Origin: Syntrophales bacterium
Lineage (GTDB): Bacteria > Desulfobacterota > Syntrophia > Syntrophales > UBA6807
NCBI GenBank assembly: GCA_040767195.1
Contig: JAXGPA010000002.1
Location: 192,001 to 256,000, forward strand
DNA: 64,000 nucleotides
Direction: 5' to 3'
Below the pieces are notes generated by a model, which was given only the letters and a program-made list of their open reading frames with translations, made no database searches and had not been told where the DNA came from. The position numbers were made by a program, and so were the translations under genes. Below are positions 8,100 through 17,683 of the stretch, one piece after another (position 1 is the first letter of the stretch; every line of letters begins with the position of its first letter).

Positions 8100-9389
8100 T
8101 TAGAGTTTCGCGCCCTCGACGATCCGGGGGGTCACGAAGATGAGAAGTTCCTTCCGGTCCTGAACCACCGTCCGGGCCTTGAAGAGCCACCCGAGGACGG
8201 GAATCCGGGAAAGCCAGGGGACGCCGCTTTCGGCGGTGGTCTCGGTGGTTCTGCAGATGCCCCCGAGAACGATGGTGTCCCCGTCTTCGAGGACGACGGT
8301 GGACTCCACGTTGCTGGCCACAAGCGGCGGGTTCTCCGAGTTGACGTTGACCCGCTTCCAGTCGGCGTACTTGTTCGAGGCTTCCACCTTCATGCAGATG
8401 CGCCCGTCGGCGGTGATTTTCGGGGTCACCCGGAGCTCGAGCTTGGCGTTTTTCATCTCCACGTTGTAATTCCCGTCCCTGTCCCGGACCACGTAGGGGA
8501 TTTCCTCCCCCTGGCCGATGACGGCCTTCACGCCGTCCAGGGTCGTCACCCGGGGCGAGGACAGGATCTTCCCGGCGCCCTCCGCCTCCAGGGCGGAAAG
8601 GGCGACGTCAAGAACGAAGCGGCCCGACCCCGCTATGAGCCCCAGGGTGGGGGCTGCCGCCCCGGCGACGGGGGGGAAATTGACGGCCACGTTGCTGTCG
8701 GTGACGCCGATGCCCCCGGGAAAGGTGGTCACCGTCCCCTCCGGGGCGCTCCCGGCGAGAAGGCCGATATCCCGACCGTCCCAGGTATCCCGGTACCCGT
8801 ACCCCCACCGGACCCCCAGCTTCTCCATGAAATTCCGGTTCGCCTCCACGATCCGGGCCTCGATGGACACCTGGCCCGCCCGTCCCTCCGCCTCCCGACG
8901 CCGCCGGTCCTCCTCTTCCGCCCGTTTCAGGGCCTCCAGGGGATACACGGTGATTACCGGGCCGGACACCTTCTTTCCCAGGCCGTTGATTTCCAGGGCC
9001 GTGTCGAGGGCCCGGTGCCAGGGGACGTCGGTGAGGCGCAGGGATACCTTTCCCCGGACGTCCGGGCTCAGGACGATATTGACGCCGCCCGCCTCGGAAA
9101 GGAGCCGGAAGAGGGCGGCGATTTCGGCATCCTGGACATCGATGGACACCATCGGGCCCGACGGTTCCGGCGGGGGGCTTTTTTCGGGCGGCAGGGCCGC
9201 CTTTCCGGCCCCGCCCGGCGCGATCTTCGCCGACGCCGGGAAGACCGGCACGGGCAAGGACCCCGTTTTTGCCGCCGGTCCCGCCGCGGGGGAGGGCCCG
9301 CCCTGCCCGCCGGGACCGGCGCACCCCGCCGGCAGAAGGAAAAAAAGGACGAGAACAATCGGGATGACATGGCGGGATGGCGCTTTCAC
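8100..9389 (-). CDS. pilQ: Type IV pilus secretin PilQ (short form)
   Basis: N0 domain (SIDVQDAEI...VPWHRALD) and secretin core (QVSIEARIVEA, GKILSSPRVTT, LRVTPKIT, GVPWLSRIPVLGWLFK, ELLIFVTPRI); last gene of pilMNOPQ. Confidence 0.9.
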   Translation of the reverse strand: MKAPSRHVIPIVLVLFFLLPAGCAGPGGQGGPSPAAGPAAKTGSLPVPVFPASAKIAPGGAGKAALPPEKSPPPEPSGPMVSIDVQDAEIAALFRLLSEAGGVNIVLSPDVRGKVSLRLTDVPWHRALDTALEINGLGKKVSGPVITVYPLEALKRAEEEDRRRREAEGRAGQVSIEARIVEANRNFMEKLGVRWGYGYRDTWDGRDIGLLAGSAPEGTVTTFPGGIGVTDSNVAVNFPPVAGAAAPTLGLIAGSGRFVLDVALSALEAEGAGKILSSPRVTTLDGVKAVIGQGEEIPYVVRDRDGNYNVEMKNAKLELRVTPKITADGRICMKVEASNKYADWKRVNVNSENPPLVASNVESTVVLEDGDTIVLGGICRTTETTAESGVPWLSRIPVLGWLFKARTVVQDRKELLIFVTPRIVEGAKL

Positions 9390-9868
9390 GGTGTTTCACC
9401 GGTTTCCTTTTCACCGTCGAGATCCAGGACGAACCGGTTCAGCCGCCCCTCTCCCGGGGGGCTGACGACGGTCTCCTCGATGACCACCCGACGCTCCGAC
9501 AGGGCCGTCACGCGGCCCCCGCCGGGGCCGACCCGGTCGCCCCGGGAGAGGACGTAGAATTTTCCGTCGGGGCCCCGGACCAGGGCGACCTGTCTTTCCG
9601 CCGACCGGGCGGTACCGAGAAGCCTCAGGTCGCCCGGGGGGAACGTCTCCAGGGGGTTGCGCGATCCGGGCCCGGCCCCGCTTTGCCGGACCGGCGGCCG
9701 GAGGGATGGGGGTTCGAAGGGATCCGTCGCCGGGTCGCCCGTCCCGGCACTCCCGGATGCCGGGACGGCGGAGGGCACGGCCGGTGCCAGTAAAATCCCC
9801 AGGAGGAAGAAAAAAACGGGAAGGGGAAGGCCCTTACCTTTTTTCCTTACCTTGCTTACCAGAGTCAT
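9386..9868 (-). CDS. pilP: Type IV pilus assembly protein PilP
   Basis: DPFEPP, NPLETF, LRLLGT, ALVRGPDGKFYVLSRGDRVG; position between pilO and pilQ. Confidence 0.82.
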   Translation of the reverse strand: MTLVSKVRKKGKGLPLPVFFFLLGILLAPAVPSAVPASGSAGTGDPATDPFEPPSLRPPVRQSGAGPGSRNPLETFPPGDLRLLGTARSAERQVALVRGPDGKFYVLSRGDRVGPGGGRVTALSERRVVIEETVVSPPGEGRLNRFVLDLDGEKETGETP

Positions 9869-10427
9869 TTCCTGTCTCCGTCAATTGGAAGGCCGTCACG
9901 AGGCAGTCCGCCGCGAGCCCGCCGCCGGGGCTCCTCGTCACGGTGAATTCGGAAATGGTCACCAGCCGGGGCATGCGGGCGACCATTTGGAAAAGTTCCC
10001 TGATCGCCCCGTAGGACCCCTTCAGGGAGACCCTGACGGGAATCTCGGCGTAACACTCCCGCAACACCGGCGGCAGGGGTTCGAACAGCAGAATTTCGAG
10101 CCCCGCCCTCTCTCCCGCCTCGGAGAAGGCCTTCATGAGGCCGGGGACGTCATCGCCCGCCGGCGTCTTCCGGGCCGCCCGGGCAAAGGCTTCCTTCATG
10201 GTTTCCCCCCTTTCCCGGCAGCGGTCCATCTCGACGGCGAGCCTCTGCCGCGCGGCGATCCTGGCCTCCAGCGCGGTGTACTCCGCTGTCAGGGTGTCAC
10301 GGCGGTCCACGAGGGGCTTCAGAAAACAGGAATGGTACCCCCAAAGGGCCAGGAGAACCGCCGAAAGGGCCAGAAAAACGGCCCGGCGGCCCGCCGGGTC
10401 CCTCTTTTCCCCGGCCTTCCCGTCCAT
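9834..10427 (-). CDS. pilO: Type IV pilus assembly protein PilO
   Basis: N-terminal TM segment, coiled coil, DDVPGLM...GLEILLFEP, YAEIPVRVSLKGSY, MPRLVTI. Confidence 0.85.
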   Translation of the reverse strand: MDGKAGEKRDPAGRRAVFLALSAVLLALWGYHSCFLKPLVDRRDTLTAEYTALEARIAARQRLAVEMDRCRERGETMKEAFARAARKTPAGDDVPGLMKAFSEAGERAGLEILLFEPLPPVLRECYAEIPVRVSLKGSYGAIRELFQMVARMPRLVTISEFTVTRSPGGGLAADCLVTAFQLTETGNDSGKQGKEKR

Positions 10428-10967
10428 CTAGGGGTCCTCGAAGGGGCAGGACAGGACGAATTCCACAACCTTCTCCCCCTCGAAGAGGGTCTGCTTCGCC
10501 GACACGAGTCCCACCGACCGGAAGGGTCCCGCCGCCTCGATCTCCCTCATGAAACAGGCCACGGCGGCATTGTCCAGGGCTCTCCCCTCCAACCGGACGC
10601 CCCGGCTGCTTCCGGACAGGACGGTGAGCCACATCCGGCCCGGGGGGATCTTCTCCGGGACCATCGCCAGGAGGCGCGCGGACCGGGCCCGCCCCCTCTC
10701 CATCCTTTCGACGGCGCCGATCTTCTTCCCAAGCGTTTCGGCGTCCCTTTCACACCGGTCCAGGTTTTCCGTGATTTCGGAGAGAAGGGCCAGGCGGTTT
10801 CCGGCCTCTTTCACGGCGCCCTCAAGGTGTTCGAGACGGAGACAGAAGAAGCCGTGGACGAGGAGAACCAGGGAAAAAAGAAGGGCGGCGGCCAGGAGAG
10901 GAACGGCCCGCCGTGTCCGGCCGTCCCTCTCCCGTTCCCGGCCGGGCAGGAGGTTGATCCGTGTCAT
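10428..10967 (-). CDS. pilN: Type IV pilus assembly protein PilN
   Basis: N-terminal RINLLP (PilM-binding motif), TM segment, coiled coil, MWLT...LEGRALDN. Confidence 0.9.
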   Translation of the reverse strand: MTRINLLPGRERERDGRTRRAVPLLAAALLFSLVLLVHGFFCLRLEHLEGAVKEAGNRLALLSEITENLDRCERDAETLGKKIGAVERMERGRARSARLLAMVPEKIPPGRMWLTVLSGSSRGVRLEGRALDNAAVACFMREIEAAGPFRSVGLVSAKQTLFEGEKVVEFVLSCPFEDP

Positions 10968-11929
10968 TGTCCGTCGATCCCCCGGAGAGCCAGTCCCACG
11001 GCGGGAACGGCCAGCGGGCGGATGTCGTCGAGATAAGGTTCGGGGAACTTTTCCTGATCCCTCCGAATCCGCCGGAAGGGATCGAAAAGACCCACCGGCG
11101 CCCGCACCCGGCCGGCCAAGGCGTCCCGGACGGCGGGCACCGTCACCGCCCCGCCGCTGAGAAGCACCTGTCGAAGGCGGGGCTCCCCGGCCGTGGAGCG
11201 GTAATAATCGAGGGAACGCCCGACCTCCCCGGCAAAGGTTTCAACCCGGGTGTCCCCGGCCACGGAAACGCCCCCCGCGGGAAAGCTGCGGGCAAGGACG
11301 GAAACGCCGCCCTTGAGGACGTTCACCGTGATGACCGAGGGACCGGCGTGGACGAGAGCGTCCGCGTCGGCCCCCCCGAAGTCGTAATTCGCTCCGTAAG
11401 CCCTTTCGAGGGCGAAGGCGTCCACGTCGAGGAGAACCACCTGCCGCCGGCCCTGTTCGATGGCGTCCACGTATCTTTCCACGACATCCTTCCGGGCCGC
11501 CGCCACGATCACGTCCATCCGGCCCGGGTCGCGAGGGCTCTCGCCGAGAACGTGAAAATCGAAATTCACGTCCGCCGCCCTTTCGACGGGGAGGTACTTT
11601 TCCCCCTCCTGGGCGAGAAGGCGCCGAAAGGCCGCCTCCGCCATCCTCGGGAAAGACGCCCTTTTAACGACGGCGGCGGTGCCCGGGAGCGCAGCGGCGA
11701 CCCGGACGGCCCGGGAGCCCGATGCCCGGAAGAGCGCTTCCACGGCCACGGCCAGCCCGACGTCGTCCCGGACCAGGCCGTTCTCAATCACCCCCGGGGG
11801 AAGAGGGACCTGCCCGTAAACTGCCAACCGCGGCCCCCGGGACGTTCGCCGCAACTCGACGAGCTTGACGAGGCGGGACCCCACATCGAGGCCGGCGATC
11901 CGATTTTTCCTGGAAAACCAACGTGTCAC
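10964..11929 (-). CDS. pilM: Type IV pilus assembly protein PilM (actin-like)
   Basis: GLDVGSRLVKLVEL, DVDAFALE, RSLDYY, LLSGG, AVGLALR. Start moved to the GTG at 11929. Confidence 0.9.
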   Translation of the reverse strand: MTRWFSRKNRIAGLDVGSRLVKLVELRRTSRGPRLAVYGQVPLPPGVIENGLVRDDVGLAVAVEALFRASGSRAVRVAAALPGTAAVVKRASFPRMAEAAFRRLLAQEGEKYLPVERAADVNFDFHVLGESPRDPGRMDVIVAAARKDVVERYVDAIEQGRRQVVLLDVDAFALERAYGANYDFGGADADALVHAGPSVITVNVLKGGVSVLARSFPAGGVSVAGDTRVETFAGEVGRSLDYYRSTAGEPRLRQVLLSGGAVTVPAVRDALAGRVRAPVGLFDPFRRIRRDQEKFPEPYLDDIRPLAVPAVGLALRGIDGQ

Positions 11930-11982
11930 AGAACCCCCCCGGGGGCGGTGTGCCCCCCGCCGGAAATAGTCGTCGCCACATA

Positions 11983-12000
11983 TTGCACAAACCGTTCCAC
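11983..12000 (-). promoter_or_regulatory. Candidate sigma54 (-24/-12) promoter for pilMNOPQ
   Basis: Minus strand reads GTGGAACGGTTTGTGCAA, with exact GG-N10-GC spacing, about 55 bp upstream of pilM. Confidence 0.6.
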
Positions 12001-12279
12001 GAATCTGCGCCTTATTCAGGAGAGCGAAGAGATTCTGAAAAGGGGTGACGCCGCGAACGAGGAACACCTCCGGGAAGGGGAAAGGCCCCGGGGGAGCGGT
12101 TGCCCGCTTCGGGCGGGTGAAGAGGGACCGTTGCGGAACTTCCAGGGAGCGGGGAACCTGGTGTTTCAGGGGGCGGCGGGACGGGGTTCACTGAAGGGTT
12201 CACCGAGGGAGGGACGGGAAAGGAAGACGGGCCGGCGGCGGCGGACCGCCGGGCGAACCCGGGGAAGGTTACGGGGCGC

Positions 12280-12561
12280 TCAATCGTCCCCGGGGGAGAC
12301 GAAACGGTAAACCCGGTCGTCCTGGCGGACCATGCCCAGGTCCTGCCGGGCCACCTGCTCGATGTACCGGGGATCGTCCCGGAGAAGGAGCACTTCCTCC
12401 TTCAGTTCCCGGTTTTCCTTCACCGTTATTTCGTTGAGCTTTTCCAGGGTGGAGAGCTTGCCCTGGAGGGCGCTGAAATTCTTCCACTGGCCGGAGAGAA
12501 CGTAAAGGGACAGGCCGCTGAGGAGCAGAAGAAGGAGGGCTGCCCACTTACGCCAGTTCAC
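12280..12561 (-). CDS. ftsB: Septum formation initiator (FtsB/DivIC family)
   Basis: One TM segment, a coiled coil, then ENRELKEEV...DPRYIEQVARQDLGMVRQDDRVYRF. Confidence 0.85.
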   Translation of the reverse strand: MNWRKWAALLLLLLSGLSLYVLSGQWKNFSALQGKLSTLEKLNEITVKENRELKEEVLLLRDDPRYIEQVARQDLGMVRQDDRVYRFVSPGDD

Positions 12562-13748
12562 GGTCCTTCCTCACCTCCCGGCACCGAGGGAAGGGTCCAC
12601 GGGGACTCGCCGAGGAAAAACTCCCCCCGCTCGATCCATTCCTTCAACAGGACGGCGATCTCCCGGGCCTTCAGGTAGCTGGACAGGGGTGCCGCGGGAA
12701 CTTTCTTTCCGTTCACCGTGACGAGTCCGGCCCGAAGGTCCTTGAAGGTCACCTCTCCCAGGCTTTTCGGGTGACCGCTCGGGTAGTCCATGCCGTAATC
12801 GAAGACATTCATGACGATGTCCTCATCCCGGACGGCGGCGAACCGGGCCATTTCCTCGTTCAGAAGCGGTATGGGAACACCGATGCCGACGTAGAGGGAA
12901 ACGCCGTATCCGAGGATGCTCGCCCCGACGAGCCACCGGGGGGACATCTCCTTCAGGTTCCCGATGACGGCGAGGGTCCCCGCGCCTTCCCGGGGGATAC
13001 CCTTGCCCGTCCGGGGGATGTGCGGGTTGTGCTGGGTCCCCGGCCAGGCCACGTAACCCTGGGCGCCGCCCAGGAAAATACGGGTCCCGATGCCCACGGT
13101 CCGGTAATAGGGGTCGTTGAAGAGGGGGGACAGCTGGCCGGAGGTGGAATAATTGGCGTTGGCCATGCGGGGGCGCAGGACCCCCATGTAGGTGTAAATC
13201 GTCTTGTCCGACAGGTTGACGGCCACGTTGTAGTTCTGGTAGGCGTTCCGGGGGTTGAAGAGGACCGCGTCCCGGAGATCCTGGATGGTGATGTTCTTTT
13301 CGAACCGTCTCGCGGGATAGCAGTCCGTCCCGTAGCCTTCCGCCCGCAGGCGGATCATGTTGCCCGCCACGAGGTCCTCGATGACGTGCCCGCCGCCGTA
13401 GTTGAACTCGCCGGGGTAGACGCTGTTCAGCGGGTCCCCCTCGACCACCTCGGTGGCCCCCATGTAGCAGTCCACGGCGGCAATTCCGCCGTAGGCGGGG
13501 ACGTCGTTCAGCCAGACCCGGCTCGCCTTGATCCTCGGGGCGGGGTGGCCGAAATTGAGAAAGGCCCCGGAGGAGCACATGGGGCTGAAGGTCCCCGTGG
13601 TCACCACGTCCACGCGCCGGGCGGCCTCTATCTCCCCGTGCCGGTCGACGATGTCGATGATTTCCTCGGCGGTGACCACCACCGCCTTCCTGCGGCGGAT
13701 TTTTTCGTTGATTTCGCGGTAGGTCTTGGTCACTTTAAAGGATTTCAT
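12558..13748 (-). CDS. Homocysteine biosynthesis protein (DUF39 / MA1821-MJ0100-like aspartate-semialdehyde sulfurtransferase family), without CBS domains
   Basis: EINEKIRRRKAVVVTAEE, VDVVTTGTFSPMCSSGA, YGGGHVIEDLVAG, RNAYQNY, NDPYYRTVGIGTRIFLGG. Confidence 0.85.
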   Translation of the reverse strand: MKSFKVTKTYREINEKIRRRKAVVVTAEEIIDIVDRHGEIEAARRVDVVTTGTFSPMCSSGAFLNFGHPAPRIKASRVWLNDVPAYGGIAAVDCYMGATEVVEGDPLNSVYPGEFNYGGGHVIEDLVAGNMIRLRAEGYGTDCYPARRFEKNITIQDLRDAVLFNPRNAYQNYNVAVNLSDKTIYTYMGVLRPRMANANYSTSGQLSPLFNDPYYRTVGIGTRIFLGGAQGYVAWPGTQHNPHIPRTGKGIPREGAGTLAVIGNLKEMSPRWLVGASILGYGVSLYVGIGVPIPLLNEEMARFAAVRDEDIVMNVFDYGMDYPSGHPKSLGEVTFKDLRAGLVTVNGKKVPAAPLSSYLKAREIAVLLKEWIERGEFFLGESPWTLPSVPGGEEGP

Positions 13749-13828
13749 GGGTCAAGCCGTTCCTTCCCTGTCTTTCCCGTCTCCAATCCATCGCCGGGCG
13801 GCCCGCCAGGGCCGTTCCCGGTTTCTCG

Positions 13829-14299
13829 TCAGCCCGTCCCGGTGTGGCCGAACCCACCGGCCCCGCGGGGCGTTTCGTCGGGCCCCGTCCCCCGGTCCCA
13901 GGCGATCCGGCAGACCCTCTGGATCACCATCTGGGCCACCCGGAAGCCCCGGTGAACGACGAAAGGCTTTTTCCCGTGATTCACGAGAATCACCGCCACC
14001 TCCCCCCGGTAGTCGGCATCGACGGTGCCGGGGCTGTTCAGGAGGGAGACGCCGTGCTCCAGGGCGAGGCCGCTTCTCGGCCGGATCTGGGCCTCGAGCC
14101 CCGGGGGCAGGGCCATGACGAACCCCGCCGGTATTTTCCGCCACTCCCCGGGCGGGATGGACACCGGGTCTTCCACGGCGGCCCGGAGATCCATGCCGGA
14201 AGACCGTTCCGTCATGTAACGGGGCAGGGGCAGATCCTCGTTTCCCTCGAGGGGACTCACGGGAACGGGGATGTCCTCCCCGGCCGTCACGCGAGGCAC
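13829..14299 (-). CDS. dut: dUTP diphosphatase
   Basis: SGMDL, QIRPRSGLA, NSPGTVDADYRGEV, RVAQMVI, RGAGGFGHTG. Confidence 0.96.
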   Translation of the reverse strand: MPRVTAGEDIPVPVSPLEGNEDLPLPRYMTERSSGMDLRAAVEDPVSIPPGEWRKIPAGFVMALPPGLEAQIRPRSGLALEHGVSLLNSPGTVDADYRGEVAVILVNHGKKPFVVHRGFRVAQMVIQRVCRIAWDRGTGPDETPRGAGGFGHTGTG

Positions 14300-15537
14300 C
14301 CCCGGGTGAGGCCTTCGGGAACCCGCCCCAGGACGGCCGCGGAAAGCGCTTCGGGGCGGAACATCTCCCCGGCCACCCGCCGGATGTCCTCGTCGGTGAT
14401 GCCGTCGATGCGGGCGAGAACCTCCTCCACGGAAATCTGCTTCCTGAAGATCATTTCATTCCGGGCGATCCGGGACATCCGGGCGTCCGTGCTTTCCATG
14501 CTGAGGAGAAAGCTCCCCTTCATCTGGTCCTTTCCCGACCGGATCTCTCTTTCCGTCAGGCTTTCCCGGCAGAGTTTCGTGAGCTCCGCCGACACCAGCC
14601 CGGAAACCTCCCGGACCCGCTCCGCCTCGGTTCCGAAATGGACGCCGAACCAGCCCGCGTCGCTGTACGGGACGATGAAGGAGTGGATGGAATAGACGAG
14701 CCCCCGCTTCTCGCGAATCTCCTGGAAAAGCCGGGAACTCATGCTGCCGCCGAGAACGAGGTTGATCAGCATGGCCGGAAACCGGTCCGGGTCCGCGGCG
14801 CAGGGCCCCGGGGATCCCATGAGAACGTGCACCTGTTCCAGGTTTTTCTCCTGGAGAAAAAGGTCCCCGGTAACGGCGGGCGGCCCGTTCACCGCCTCGG
14901 CGACCCCGCCCGGGGAAACCCCGAGCCGCTTTTCCACCTGCTCCACGAAGGGGCCGTGCTTCAGGTTCCCCGCTGCGGCCACGACGATGTTCCCCCCGCG
15001 GTATCTCCGGGAAAAGAAATCGATCACCCTGCCGCGGTCGAACCCCTCCACGGATTCCCGGTTCCCGAGGACGGAACGGCGCAGGGGGTGGCCCTTCCAG
15101 AAATTGAGCTCGAAGAAGTCGTGGATGTAGTCGTCCGGCGTGTCCTCCACCATCTTGATCTCCTGGAGGACGACGAATTTCTCCTTCTCCAGCTCCAGGG
15201 GGTCGAAAAGGGCATTCCGGAGAAGGTCGCACAGGAGGTCCAGGGCACCCCCGGTGTAGTAGTCGGGGACCTTGGCGTAGTAAGAGGTCCATTCCTTTCC
15301 CGTGCAGGCGTTCAGCACCCCCCCTACGGAATCGATTTCCGAGGCGATGTCGAAAGCGGTCCGGTTCGTCGTCCCCTTGAAGAGGAGGTGCTCGATGAAA
15401 TGGGCGACCCCGCTCGTCGGCTCGTCCTCGTGGCGGGAGCCGCTTGACACCCAGGCACCGATGGACACGGACCGGACATGCTCGATCTCTTCCGTGATGA
15501 CGCGAACCCCGTTAGGAAGAACGGTCTTCTCGGTCAT
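14287..15537 (-). CDS. M16 family zinc peptidase
   Basis: Inverted zincin motif HFIEH (GVAHFIEHLLFKGT) and LGGSMSSRLFQEIREKRGLVYS. Confidence 0.93.
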   Translation of the reverse strand: MTEKTVLPNGVRVITEEIEHVRSVSIGAWVSSGSRHEDEPTSGVAHFIEHLLFKGTTNRTAFDIASEIDSVGGVLNACTGKEWTSYYAKVPDYYTGGALDLLCDLLRNALFDPLELEKEKFVVLQEIKMVEDTPDDYIHDFFELNFWKGHPLRRSVLGNRESVEGFDRGRVIDFFSRRYRGGNIVVAAAGNLKHGPFVEQVEKRLGVSPGGVAEAVNGPPAVTGDLFLQEKNLEQVHVLMGSPGPCAADPDRFPAMLINLVLGGSMSSRLFQEIREKRGLVYSIHSFIVPYSDAGWFGVHFGTEAERVREVSGLVSAELTKLCRESLTEREIRSGKDQMKGSFLLSMESTDARMSRIARNEMIFRKQISVEEVLARIDGITDEDIRRVAGEMFRPEALSAAVLGRVPEGLTRGCLA

Positions 15538-17647
15538 TCTCGCTCAGGGCTTCCTTCCGGCTCAGGCGTATCTTGCCCGCCTTGTCGATATCCAGGACCT
15601 TGACGGGGATCTTGTCCCCTTCCCGGACCACGTCGGTGACGCTCTGAACCCGCCGCTTGTCCAGCTGGGAAATGTGAACGAGGCCCTCCGTTCCCGGGAG
15701 AATTTCGACGAAGGCGCCGAAATCGACGACCTTCTTCACCGTTCCGAGATAGATCTTACCGATTTCCGCCTCCTCGGTGAGCCACTTCACCATGGCGATA
15801 GCCTTGGCCGCCGCCGCCGCGTCGTTCGACGCGATGGTCACCGTCCCGTCGTCCTCCACGTCGATGACCACGCCCGTCTCGGCGACGATCTGGCGGATGT
15901 TCTTCCCGCCGCTGCCGATGACGTCGCGGATCCGTTCCGGCTTCACCTTGAGGGTGGTGATCCGCGGCGCGTAGACGGAGAGATCCACCCTTGGCTCGGA
16001 AATGGCCGCCTGCATCCTGTCGATGATGAAGAACCGGGCCGCCCGGGCCTGGGTGAGGGCACGGCGGATGATGTCCGCAGTGATCCCGTGGATCTTGATG
16101 TCCATCTGCATGGCCGTGATGCCTTTTTTCGTCCCGCAGACCTTAAAGTCCATGTCGCCGGCGTGGTCCTCGTCCCCCAGGATGTCCGAGAGGATGACCA
16201 CCTCGTCCCCCTCCTTGAGGAGCCCCATGGCGATGCCCGCCACCGTGTCCTTCACGGGGACCCCGGCGTCCATGAGGGACAGGGACCCGCTGCAGACGGT
16301 GGCCATGGAGGAAGACCCGTTGGACGAAAGGATTTCCGAAACGATGCGGATCGTGTAAGGGAATTCCTCGGCGTCGGGCAGGATGGGCAGAAGGGCCCGC
16401 CGGGCCAGGGCGCCGTGTCCGATTTCCCGGCGGCCGGGCCCTCGGAGCATCCGGGCTTCGCCGACGGAAAAGGGCGGGAAGTTGTAGTGCAGGAGGAAAG
16501 ACCGGAATTCCTCGCCGGTGATCCAGTCGAGGCGCTGCTCGTCGGAGGAGGTCCCCAGGGTGACAACGGCGAGCGACTGGGTTTCGCCCCGGGTGAAGAG
16601 GGCGGAACCGTGTGTCCGCGGCAAGAGGCCCACCTCGCAGGTGATGGCCCGCACCTCGTCGTAGGGCCGGCCATCGATTCGGCTCTTGTCGTTTATGATC
16701 TTTTCCCGGAGCACTTTCTTGTTCATTTCCTCGAGCACTGCTTTCGCCGCCGGGAGGACCGCTCCTTCCCGGGCGCCGAAATCCGCGGTGACGTCGTCCC
16801 TGACGGCATCCAGCCGGGCTTCCCGTTCCATCTTGTCGGAGGTCGAGAAGGCCTCCCGGAGAGGTCCCCGGACCCGGCTCTCCACCTCCTCCCGAAGGGC
16901 GGCGTCGATGGCCGGGGGCTTGAATTCGATTTTCTTCTTTCCAATGGCACGGACCATTTCGTCCTGGAGATCCATGACGGGACGGAGGTTTTCAAGGCCG
17001 AACGCGATGGCCTCGATGAGCCGGTCCTCCTCGATCTCCCGGGCCCCGCCCTCGAGCATGACCAGGTTGATGTCGTAATCCTTTTCGGAAGAACCGCCGG
17101 CGATTTTTCTGCCGGTGAGGAAAATGTCCACATCGCTCTTCTCGAGGAGGGAAACGGACGGGTTGGCAACCGGGCGGCCGTCCAGCATTCCTACCCGGAT
17201 ACCCGCCACGGGACCGGTGAAGGGGATGTCCGAAACGGCCAGGGCGGCGGACGCGCCGAGCATGGCCGCCACGTCGGAGCCGCTTTCCGGGTCCAGGGAG
17301 AGGACCGTGGCCACGATCTGGGTCTCCTGGAAGAACCCTTTCGGGAACAGGGGCCGGATGGACCGGTCGATCATCCGCGAGGTCAGGATCTCCCGCTCGT
17401 TGGGGCGGCCCTCCCGCTTGAAGAAGCCGCCGGGGATTTTTCCGGCGGCGAAGGTCATCTCCTGGTAATCCACGGTCAGGGGGAAGAAGTCGATGTTCTC
17501 CCGCATGGCCTTGTGGCTCACCGCCGTAACAAGGACGACCGTCTCCCCGTACGTGACGAGAACCCCGGCGTTGGCGCGCCGGGCGACATAGTCCGTCTTG
17601 ATGGATATGGGTTTCCCCGCGAAATCCGCTGTGAACACGTCACTCAT
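15512..17647 (-). CDS. pnp: Polyribonucleotide nucleotidyltransferase
   Basis: DFFPLTVDY, GKIPGGFFKREGRP, HGSALFTRGETQ, RREIGHGALA, SNGSSSMA, DHAGDMDFKV, plus KH and S1 domains. Confidence 0.98.
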   Translation of the reverse strand: MSDVFTADFAGKPISIKTDYVARRANAGVLVTYGETVVLVTAVSHKAMRENIDFFPLTVDYQEMTFAAGKIPGGFFKREGRPNEREILTSRMIDRSIRPLFPKGFFQETQIVATVLSLDPESGSDVAAMLGASAALAVSDIPFTGPVAGIRVGMLDGRPVANPSVSLLEKSDVDIFLTGRKIAGGSSEKDYDINLVMLEGGAREIEEDRLIEAIAFGLENLRPVMDLQDEMVRAIGKKKIEFKPPAIDAALREEVESRVRGPLREAFSTSDKMEREARLDAVRDDVTADFGAREGAVLPAAKAVLEEMNKKVLREKIINDKSRIDGRPYDEVRAITCEVGLLPRTHGSALFTRGETQSLAVVTLGTSSDEQRLDWITGEEFRSFLLHYNFPPFSVGEARMLRGPGRREIGHGALARRALLPILPDAEEFPYTIRIVSEILSSNGSSSMATVCSGSLSLMDAGVPVKDTVAGIAMGLLKEGDEVVILSDILGDEDHAGDMDFKVCGTKKGITAMQMDIKIHGITADIIRRALTQARAARFFIIDRMQAAISEPRVDLSVYAPRITTLKVKPERIRDVIGSGGKNIRQIVAETGVVIDVEDDGTVTIASNDAAAAAKAIAMVKWLTEEAEIGKIYLGTVKKVVDFGAFVEILPGTEGLVHISQLDKRRVQSVTDVVREGDKIPVKVLDIDKAGKIRLSRKEALSENDREDRSS

Positions 17648-17683
17648 TTCGTTTTTTCACCTTTCCTGTCCTTTGGTCTTCCT

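Noticed and set aside
12001..12279. Riboswitch (for example c-di-GMP) or sRNA upstream of pilM
   Set aside because: Purine-skewed, GC-rich spacer with only short hairpins; no aptamer consensus recognised by eye. An Infernal/Rfam scan would settle it.
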